From Octopus vulgaris (Eukaryota): a stretch of DNA of 64,000 nt. Each line of letters starts with the position of its first letter. Position 1 is the stretch's first letter. Of the stretch, positions 53,766 through 64,000 are shown in pieces. The notes under the pieces are model-generated. The model had not been told where the DNA came from, searched no databases, and saw only the letters and a list, made by a program, of their open reading frames with translations. The stretch covers positions 140,058,001-140,122,000 of the forward strand of contig OX597814.1 in NCBI GenBank assembly GCA_951406725.2, read 5' to 3'. Made by a program: the position numbers and the translations under genes.

Positions 53766-55395
53766 TATATCTGTCAACAATACTGTATTTGATAATTATT
53801 TTTGTGTCATGTAATCAATTTACATATTAGTTTTGTTCAACTTCCATATGACTTTTTATATTGTTACTTATTCTATGTTAGGTTTGTGCCTCTACTGTGT
53901 GTATCTGAATAGGTACACCATGTCCTTGCATATCATAAGAGGCAACCAAAAGAGTAGGCAAAAGGAAGAGCATCCAACAATAAAGCACATCATCATCACA
54001 ATTTAATCTTCACTTTTCTATGCTTTCATGGCTCAGACAATTTGTTGAGGCAGGTTTTCTACAGCTGGATGCTATTCCTATTACTAACCCTTACCAGTTT
54101 CCCCCATCAAAGGCTGGAAGCTAACAACATCACCTGTATGATGGTAATGTTCAATTGTAATTATCATATGCATATACAAGTGAATACACACGCACACACA
54201 CAAGACCAAGAAAGAGAGGACAAATTTCAGAAGTCAGTGTTCTTAGTCACTCGATACATTTTAATATCCTCATTGGTTTTTTAGTATCCTCCTTGATTTC
54301 TAATATGGATATACAACCTCATAAGATCTCCTGCAAATATATTTATGATTTATGTGTTTATATATTTATATATTTTTATATTATATCATATACATTTATG
54401 AGTGCACCTATGTATGCTGTAAAGTATTCCGATGCTGTGAAATATACTGAGTGATTAAGAATACTGACTTCTGAAATTTGTCCTCTTTTTCTTGGTCTTA
54501 TATTCCTGATGCTCTATTAGAGTGCTAATTAGTTATGTTAAGGGATAATTACCCTATTTTTTCTTCATTGTATACACACACGCACACACATACCTGCTTT
54601 TTTCGGTTTCCATCTACCAAATTCATTCACAAGGCTTTGGTCAGCTTACAGCTTTAACAAACGATACTTGCCTAAGGTACTACGCAGTGAGACTGAACCC
54701 AAGATCATATGGTTAGGAAGCAAGCTTCTTATCCACAAAGCCAAGCCTACAAAAAGAAAAAACAGCTGCAAGAAAAAAAAAGAATCACATATGTGCTAGC
54801 AAATATAAAATGGTTGTTTATAACAACTGTTTAGAGAATACAAATTATTGACTTCTGTATTTAGTAATTGTTAAATGTCTATCAAAGTTGAATCCTAAAA
54901 ATAATAAATACACCAAGTCTTCTCTCCCTATTATGGTATTAAAAATCAGTTCTCCCTGTATAACGGTAGCAAGTCTTGTAGGCCAATTTTATCATGAGGC
55001 AACTTCTGGAGGGTTTCTCTTCATACAATAAACTTAAAACAAGCAGGTTTTTGTGGTCCAATTTTTTTCATGGAAATATCCACAAAAGAAGTTGAATTCA
55101 GCACTACCTTCAAGTGAGTGAATCACTCTTCATTTTTATAGTACAGCTATATCTTATGTTGAGTTTCTCCTACACTAATATAAGGACTGAGCTGTTTAAA
55201 AATTGAGTATTTTAACTACTGACAATGCTGTGCTAGTGACTGGATCTGTCTGTTAAGGTATTCTGGTGTCAAAGAAACAGAAGAATAAAAAGTGTATGTA
55301 TTGTATGAATTTTAAAAATTTGAGGGTTAGTTTGTTGTAGAGAATGCTTAAAGGGGAGAAATTTTCATGGTCTTCAGAATGTAAAACCACATTAA

Positions 55396-55613
55396 CCCTT
55401 TTATTACTATATTTCTGTTGAAATACAGCCACATTAATTTCAATATATTATGGAAAACAATGAAGACTATAGTAAAATAAATTTGCTATTATTAACCTAC
55501 TGTTTGGAACATGACCTAAAATTGTAAGAGAAATTTTACTTTAGACCACTTTGGAATAAGAAGTTTATGCCATAGAACAAGTGGCAATTTCAGGTGCCTT
55601 GGTATGAAAAAGG
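55396..55613. mobile_element. piggyBac-type MITE, second family
   Basis: TTAA-CCCTTTTATTAC ... GGTATGAAAAAGG-TTAA; relatives near 42095-42394 and 24376-24780. Confidence 0.65.
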
Positions 55614-55854
55614 TTAATGTTCAGTGTGAAGTTTAGGGAATCAGTAAAAGCTGGGGTGAGTACAATGGTTAATTTTCAAGGATGTGGAGAAATGTAGAAT
55701 CTACTTCAAGGTTTGAAGTAATAGCGGTGTAGCAGAGAAAGAAAATAAAGAAAATCTTTTGCAGGAACTGAAGTTGATTTGGTGAAAGCTTGAGAACATA
55801 CTTTCATTAGACAATGTGATGAAATCAAGGAAGAAATTTAAGATTCAGGTGATT

Positions 55855-55904
55855 AATCTCCTGAACAAATATTATTCCAGTGAATAATATTTGCTCAGGA
55901 GATT
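55855..55904. repeat. Near-perfect hairpin, 23-bp arms, 4-nt loop
   Basis: AATCTCCTGAACAAATATTATTC-CAGT-GAATAATATTTGCTCAGGAGATT, one mismatch. Confidence 0.9.
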
Positions 55905-57558
55905 TAAATACCACCCATTTCCTTAAGGTTTCCTTAATATCTAGTGCAGAAGATTAGTTTTAATACAATGAATATTACAAAAACAAAATAAAGAAAAACT
56001 GAATTTTCTAAGTTTTTTTTTTTCATTACATCTATCCTCACATCATAATGAGGGGGGGGGGGGGAGTTCCCAGAAAAAAAAATTGTAATAAATGAATGAG
56101 TGCTAAATGAATCATTTCTGCATACTTTGTAAATGGAACATATGGTAGATTCATTGAAACTTGTGGCCAACCACACTGTCATGTATTTTCTACCTTATCC
56201 TGTAGAGAAAACCATTGTCTGCATTATTTGTTAGGATCAGGCACCTTTATATTTTTTCTGTTCACTGGTGGCATGTTGTTGAGTACTTGTACGTAAATCC
56301 ATATCAAAAATATGCAGCCTCACAGTACAATCATGTAAACACAAGTGCTAATCAGTGTATCCTGGGTTGCTGAGTATTGTGTATGGTTGCTGGAGTGTGT
56401 TTTTGTGATACAGGCTGAATTTTCAACTAATTGCCAACCCATGTTATCACAGATCAATCCATGATAAAGCTATCATGGTTCACAATTGAGCATACCTTGT
56501 TATCCCTGATCAGTGATGAATGAATCATTGATAAACAAGGATACATGTATTATTAAAATATTATGATATCAGTGTTAAAGATTCATAATTCATGGTTTTT
56601 AATTATTTTTCTCGTTTTCTCACTACAATTTCCATTTGATTTTTTTTTTTTTTTTTCATCAACATCAAAATAAAAATCAAATGGAAATTGTAGTTGTGAT
56701 ACCTGTGCCAGTGGCACGTATAAAGCACCATCCGAACATGGCCGATGCCAGTGCCGCCTCGGCGGCACGTAAAAAGCACTAGCCGATCATGGCCATACCA
56801 GCCTCCCCTGGCACCTGTGCCAGTGGTACGTAAAAAGCACCCACTACACTCACAGAGTGGTTGACGTTAGGAAGGGCATCCAGCTGTAGAAACACTGCCA
56901 GATCAGACTGGGGCCTGGTTCAGCCTCCTGGCTTCCCAGACCCCGGTCGAACCATCCAACACATTCTAGCATGGAAAACAGCCGTTAAACGATGATGATG
57001 ATGATGATTTCTGTTACATGTCCTTCTCTGTTCTTTTCAACTAATATTTCAATTCTCACTGAAATATTCCATTTGTTTAATATCTGTGCAAATATCACTG
57101 TTATTATTCCCAATGTTGCCTATAGATTTAACTGCTAGCCATGGATGGGGGTGTGCAGATGATGAAAATAAAGAATGATGATCAGAGCAGAGCTGTTTCC
57201 TGTATGTTTGTAAATCCAGATATGAATAAAGGGTCTGGTGTGGAAAGAAAATATATAAAAAAACTGATATGATTATAGCTTTGTTAAATAAGCTAACTAT
57301 ATATTTAAAGTAGAATTGACAGATTTATTACTATTTTGCTATTACTTTTTCTCAGCTGTTCCATTTATTTATTCACTGAATAATGTCAACCCTCACTTAA
57401 ACTTGACATATTTTCAATTTTTTTTTCTTTTTCGTGGTAAAACAGAGAATTTTCCACCTATTGAAATATTATTCATGTTCCAAGCTGACATTTTTTAAGG
57501 GATGTTGAGAGGGAAGCAACAACTCTGATTTGGTAATAGATATTGCTTGTTGTGTTAC

Positions 57559-57605
<47 letters not shown>

Positions 57606-58451
57606 TAACATTGCTGTTAATAAGCTTGCAGAAAAGATTTGAAACAATTATGTGTATTACTGGTGCATTTAAATAATGTGCAAGTATAACCTCACCCTTA
57701 ATCCACTCCCACGGGACAGTATGAAATTACAATTTAATTGGTCTATATTTTCAAGCCATCTTAATCTTTTTGTCTTTTACTTGTTTCAGTCACTGGACTG
57801 CAGGCCATGCTGGGGCATTGTCCTGGAGGCTTTATCTTCTATTGGTCTCTTTTGCTCAACTGCTAGGTTAGAGGGATATAAACAAACCAGCACCAGTGGG
57901 CAAGTGATGGTAGCAGACACACACCTACATATTATACATACACACATGTATGACAGGCTTCCACACAGTCTCTGTCTACCAAATTCACTTGCAAGGCTTT
58001 GGTTGACCTGAGGTTATAGTGGAGGGTACTTGCCGAAGACACTGTGCAGTGGGACAGATCTCAAGACCATATAGTTGTAAGCATGCTTCTTAACCACACG
58101 TCCTTTTTTTTTTAAAAATAAACCAGTGTCAATATTGTAATATTATGTGTCATACCAGTCCAATATTATTCTATATGATAACGAGCAGAAAATACTCATT
58201 TAATTAAGAAATTTACATGAAATATAAATTTAGTTAATACATAATACATAGGAGCAGGTATGGCTATGTGGTTAAGAAGTTTACTTTGCAGTCACATAGT
58301 TTCAGGTTCGGTCCCACTATGTGACACCTTGAGTAATTGTATTTTATAGCCCCAAGTCAATCAGTGCCTTATGAATGGATTTGATGGACAAAAATTGTGT
58401 GGAACTCTGTCATGTGTGTGTGTATTTTATATTTATTTATATATATATATA

Positions 58452-59348
58452 CGTAGTCTGATCAATAAGTATCCAGACTGTTGCTATAGTAACAAAGTTA
58501 AAGCAAACAGAGTGAAACCACTTGGCACAGATTGACCTTGAACTCTGCTGTTCATGCACACTAAGTTTTTATGTTCTAGCTCACTTCTGCTGTCTACAGC
58601 AGTGCTTGGAAGTAACATGTGTAGCTTGTGTTCATTGCATTAACCATGACAGAGAAAACTGAACAGAGAATCTGCATCCAATTTTGCCAAAAGTTTGGCA
58701 ATACCTGCCCAGAAGCCTATGTAAAGTTTTCAAAAGTTTTCATTATTCTTGACACAATCAAAGAGATTTTGTACAATTGAAACCCGAGTGTCCTTTTGAT
58801 TAGCTGAAAGCAGTTTTCACACAAACTTGGCAGATACGCATCTCATACCCAAATCTTCAGTGATAATGGATTGAACTGAACTGTAACTAATCTGCACATC
58901 CTCTGATAACTTACAGATGGTGATTTGATAATTTCCCCTCACAGCTGCATGCACACCTGTGATGCTTTTCTCAGTTCTGCTGGTTACAGGTCTCCTAGAA
59001 CATTCGTCGATATGAACATTTTTTTTTTTGTCATCTTGGAAAGGTCTGAACCACTCATACACTTGTGTGCAGCTCATACACTCCTCTCCATACACATTCT
59101 GCAACATTGTGCCGGCCTTTGAGCAGGTATTGCCATGACAAATTTCTCTGTCATGGTCAATGCAAAGATCACACACTACACACCTTCCTTCCAAGCACTT
59201 CTGTAAACAGCAGAAGTGAGCTAGAATGTTAAAACTGAGTGTGTATGCACAGCAGATGTCAAGGTCAATCTTTGCCAAGTAGCTTAATTCTATGTGTCTT
59301 AGCTTTATTTCTATGGCAACAGTCTGGATACTTATTGATCAGACCTCA
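58452..59348 (-). mobile_element. Foldback mariner derivative made of two inverted 5' ends
   Basis: Termini GTCTGATCAATAAGTATCCAGACTGTTGC at both ends with TA flanks. Minus strand encodes a transposase N-terminus (VYEWF..F, RPVTS, EDLGMRCVSAKFV, ENF). Plus strand repeats the 5' UTR and MTEKTEQRICIQFCQKFG. Confidence 0.9.
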
Positions 59349-59351
59349 TAC

Positions 59352-59385
<34 letters not shown>

Positions 59386-61441
59386 GCATGTGTATGTGTG
59401 TGTCCTCTCCACATGACAACCAGTGTTGGTTTGTTTATGTTCCTGTAACTTAGTGGTTTGACAAAAGGAACCTAGAGACTGAGTACTAGACTCAGAGAAA
59501 TAAATACTGGGGTTCAATTTTTTTTCAACTAAACCCTTCAGAGACAGTGCCCCAGCATGGCCACAGTTCGTTGACTGAAACAATTAAAGAGATAAGCACA
59601 TGATCTCTTTTACCATTTGCTTTTCCCCCAAGTTGATTTAGTTTACATTAACCTCAACATGATTGCATCTCTTAGCAGGGCTAGATGCACAAATATGTTT
59701 TATTATAGCTTCCTCATGGGATTATGAACAGCTAAAGCAGCTCATGCAATTGATTGTCCTTTATATGTCAACTTCAGTGACTGGGGGAAAAGTGGCAGTG
59801 GTGGCTGTGGTAGTGTTGGCAGTGGCGCCGTGTGTGTGCATGTGCGTGTGTGTGTGATAAAGGATATAGAAATATCAACATTCCTGTCAGGAATGCTGCA
59901 GAAGCAAAATAAGTAATGTGTGTTGTTTGTTATTACTAATATCAGATGTGATCTGTCATAATATCTTATAATGTGAGGTGTGTAGTGAGAAATAGTAATC
60001 GTATGATTATGGTTCTTGACAGTGATTGATTTATTTTTGTTGAACTTCATGGCTACATCAGTCTTTGTTGCACTTCCGTCATTGGTCACCACTGATAAAG
60101 AGAACAAAGGCTAACTACTTTTACAATTTAAACTTAGTGCTGGTGTCATTCTTCAGTCCAAGGCCAGCTTTGATTGAGTAACTGTAGGATCAATGTGATT
60201 CCAACCATGACTATCCTGTTGAGGCTTCCTCATCAGTTCAAACTTTGTACTATAAGTACATTTTATGTAAGGACAACAGCTGGTGCAACAATTTTGCATC
60301 AAGTGAAATTCAGCGAAAATTTTTAATTTGAGGTAGAATTTTTACAGCTGGATGCACATCCTGCCATCAACTTTATCTGTTTTTCAAGTTATAGATTTTC
60401 ATTCCAGACCAATCAGTTCTTGAATAGGTTAAATATAATTTTCCAACCAATTACGTGTTTGTTCTCTATACTTCTGCTCTTATTGTTATACTTTTTGGTT
60501 CATATTTTTGCTGGTTGTTAGAACTAAAGGTGTCATAAGATGGTCCCAGTTTGGGTCACCGGCTAACAAACCAAAGTAACAGAGATCACATTGAACCTAC
60601 CCTGATTCCAAATATGCGCTGTTTGTGAGTGTTGATTCCAGTGGGAGCTGATTCTACAAGCCAAGAAGGCATGCAGACACACACATTTATTGATATATCA
60701 TAGATAAATCCGCAAGTGCAGTGTTAGTGGACAATTTGTTTGCAAGATATGTTCACAAACTTCACCAACTGCAGCCCAAGTTTTCTAAATGTTCACACAG
60801 ACATGCACACACACACACACACATATGTGAGGAGATTCTTTCAGCTTCCATTTATCAAATTCCCTCACAAGGCATTAGTAGTCCTAGGGTTATAATAGAA
60901 GACACTTGCCCAAGGTGTCATGCAGTGGGTTAAAACTCAAAGCTATATGACTGACAAGTAAACTTCTTAAGCACACAGCCAACAGAAAGGGCATCAAACT
61001 GTAGAAAATCTACCTCAGTGAATTCCATCCAGCCCATGTTTGCATGGAAAAGTGGTTGTTGAAATAATGATGATGATAATAGACATGCCCACATCTTTGT
61101 GTCAACGTTTTTTTAATTACATCTATAATGAGTGTCATTGTTGTTTTCTACATTAGCAATGGTAGCTTGAGGTTTTCTTAACAGGTATTAAGGATTGTAA
61201 AAGGACTGAAGGAATTTTTCTTCAATTTTAAATCATCAGAATGAATAAATCTTTTTTACTGTAGTAACTTTTGTTTACTTGTGTTGAGAAATTATGCAAA
61301 TGTAAATCAAATTTGTATTTCTTTTTCCATTATTCCAATAAAATTTTTAAAGATTTCTTTTTTTTTACACTTTGTCAATTTTCTCACAAAACTCATTTAA
61401 GCATACCAGTCTACATCATTTAGTTTACTTACTAGTATATA

Positions 61442-62729
61442 TTGGGTCAATCCATAAATAATGCGTTTTTTTTTTTACTTCTTTTATCTTTCAAAATTAA
61501 GATAAAGTTATTTTTTACTCTAAAATATACTCTCCTTCATTTTCTACTATGCTCTACCATCTATCTGGTAGACTTGCAAGGCCTCTCTCCCAAAATTCAC
61601 TTGTCCATGATGAAAAATACTCCTCCAGTACTGTTCTGACCTCATCTACAGAATTCATTTTTTTTCTGTCCAAATGATTTTGAAGACTGCGGAATAAATG
61701 ATAATCAGATGGGGCAATGTCCAGCGAATATGGTGGGTGGGGCATCATTTCCTATTCAAACTGCTCCAGCCTTTGGAACGTCATCCTTGCTGTATGTGGC
61801 CAAGCATTATCCTGATGGAAGAACACCTTTCGTCTTGAAACCAAAGATGGTCGTTTTTCTTCTAGCACTGACTTAAACCACTCAAGCTGCCCACAGTAGA
61901 TATCCTTTTTTATTGTTTGGTTTGGGTTTAAAAGTTCAAAATGGACTAAACATTTCATATCCCACCAAACAGATAGCAACACCTTACATGGGTGAAGACC
62001 TTCTTTAGCCTATGTTGCTAGTGTTTCTCCTTTTCCTACCAACTGTCTCTAGCGCTTGACATTTCTATAGAGAACCCATTTCTTGTCACCAGTCATTATT
62101 CAGTCCAAAAAAAGGTTCATTCGTGAGATGTGACAGCAAAGAAGAGCACACATTCACTCTCTGTGCACAATTAGACTCAGAAAATTTGTGAGAAACCCAT
62201 TGACCCAATTTGCTGACTTTTCTGCTGACACGCAGATGTCAATGAATGACTGGATGACCAAATCCAAGCTTCTCTGCTAGTTCCTCAACAGTTACAATAG
62301 GATTTTGTTCCACCAGAATTTGCAGGACATCCTCATTGAGCTCTACAGATCTTCTAGGATGAAGTTCGTTTTCTAGGCTGTAATTTCCAGCTCAGAATTT
62401 TTGGAACAACCATCGACACTGGCTTACACTTATTGTCCGATCCCCATATACTGCATTAATATTGCTCACACTTTCTGCTGCATTGTTGCCTCTATTGAGC
62501 TTATAAAGCAAAATATGCCGAAAATGCTCCTTTGTCACTTCCATTACAGCTTTGAAAAAATAACTGCTAAAATTGAACGGCATTCTTCAAAACTTGCACT
62601 AAGAATAAGCACGAGGTAAAATTACTACCTGCTTCTATAGTAAGTTGATGCAGGTAGTTTATCCCATACCCCTCTGACTTTTAGTTCACACAGTTGAAAA
62701 AAACCTGTATCATTTATGGGATGACCCAA
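61442..62729 (-). mobile_element. Full-length (1288 bp) decayed mariner transposon
   Basis: Termini TTGGGTCAATCCATAAATAATGC / GTATCATTTATGGGATGACCCAA, TA on both sides, canonical length. Confidence 0.92.
61515..62544 (-). pseudogene. mariner DD34D transposase pseudogene
   Basis: MEVTKEHFRHILLY...WVSHKF...TGDKKW...HQDNAWPH...PHPPYSLDIAPSDYHLFRSLQN...ENEGEYILE*; several in-frame stops and a frameshift. Confidence 0.93.
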
Positions 62730-63069
62730 TACATACATACATGCATGCATGGTGAACTCTCTTGACAAAGGCAATAGATAAGCATTCAACATTTTACTGA
62801 ACAACCCACACAAGTGATTGGTTTATAGTGATCAAATGTTCATGCTGTAGATTTTGCTCACTCGCTCCATCAAATCAACGTCATCTGAATAGGTGCAATG
62901 TGTAGATCACAGAGCAACATGAGATGAAATGTTTTGCTTAAGAACATAATTCACCACCCAGTCTAGGAAATGAAATCACAATCTTTAAATCGCGAGTGCA
63001 CCCTCTTATATGAGTGTGTGTGTGTGTGTAATGGAATAATTACTGTGAAGCATTGTGTAGAATATATTA

Positions 63070-63332
63070 TATAAAAGATCGTGGGTAAGGCCAAAACAAT
63101 GCAAAGTAAATGCAAGGTAAATCACAAGAAAACAAATATGTGAATTAATGTAGACTTACCTTGTATTCAATATTTCGGGGTTATGACCCCATTTTCAAGA
63201 AAATCATCAAGTTCTTGAAAATGGGGTCATAACCCCGAAATATTGAATTCAAGGTAAGTCTACATTAATTAACATATTTGTTTTCTTGTGATTTACTTTG
63301 CATTGTTTTGGCCTTACCCACCATCTTTTATA
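63070..63332. repeat. 263-bp near-perfect palindrome, probably inverted Penelope-like termini
   Basis: Arms 63070-63201 and 63212-63332, 10-nt loop, about 3 mismatches plus an 11-nt duplication in the left arm. Confidence 0.92.
63210..63249 (+). ncRNA. Minimal hammerhead-like motif, U3:A8 variant (mirrored on the minus strand at about 63164-63203)
   Basis: AGTTC-TTGAAAA-T-GGGG-TCATAA-CCCC-GAAA-TATT-GAATT: stem I AGTTC/GAATT, stem II GGGG/CCCC, palindromic ATAT stem III. Confidence 0.55.
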
Positions 63333-64000
63333 CATTATATATATGCATTTAACTAGCAATTTCTATACCAAATAGTTGCTTCATCAGTATTGGACTGGTG
63401 AGATGAAGAATTAATCAATTAATTAACAAATCATTTAAAATAAATCAAGCTCAGTAGTTGATAGCTCTGAGTTTGAAACCTGTTATTGTTAATTCAATTT
63501 CTCCTGTACCTGCTAAGATAACTGGGTTAAAGTTATCCATGTTAAAACTGTTTATCAATTTCATCTTTTTACCTTCTCTATCAGTTTGTCTCTTTTCAAA
63601 ATCTCTTGTCTCCTTTCAAAGGTTCTAGTCATTTAGGAATTATTAACTAGATATATATCAGTGAGTATTTATAAGACATCAAAATACCTGTATCATGATA
63701 TGTTTCAGGAATGCATTATTAGATCAGAATCATCTTGGTTTCACTTTCACTGGTGAATTATTTATTGCTAAACTCACTTTTCAATTCCTAACATCTGTTT
63801 AGTGATGGAAAAGTTGTTAACAACATAAGAATACTGCAAGATGGTATCAGGTGACATAGTTGTGATTTTTTTAAAGATATTAAAACTTCCTTGTTTGAAT
63901 GCTGCTGAAAGCAACTTAGTGAAAATAGTAGTTTGTTTTGCAAAATTCCATTTTTTTTTTTTTTGTCTTTTTAAACAAATCTTTTCTATGTTTGTATTTC

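Overview
AT-rich eukaryotic genomic DNA dense in (TA)n, (CA)n, (CT)n, (ATT)n and (GAT)n microsatellites. The SINE families resemble those of octopus (coleoid cephalopod) genomes; this is pattern recognition, not a database result. I cannot support any intact host protein-coding gene, and the window looks intronic or intergenic. Nearly all supplied ORFs are microsatellite or SINE artefacts. Supported content: dozens of SINE copies from at least 5 families, often nested with target-site duplications (TSDs); LINE remnants (CR1-type, CR1/L2-group, RTE, Hero-like); one full-length decayed mariner, a foldback mariner derivative, and several Tc1/mariner and piggyBac-type MITEs. Two things stand out. 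(1) A 250-bp, 98%-identical inverted duplication of non-SINE sequence (10362-10611 vs 14822-15071) whose ends coincide with a splice-acceptor-like site and a polyadenylation signal. (2) About ten hammerhead-ribozyme-like motifs of the minimal Penelope-associated type. One has a fully canonical core (6876-6963), two are U3:A8 covariant variants, and one of those is mirrored in a 263-bp palindrome.
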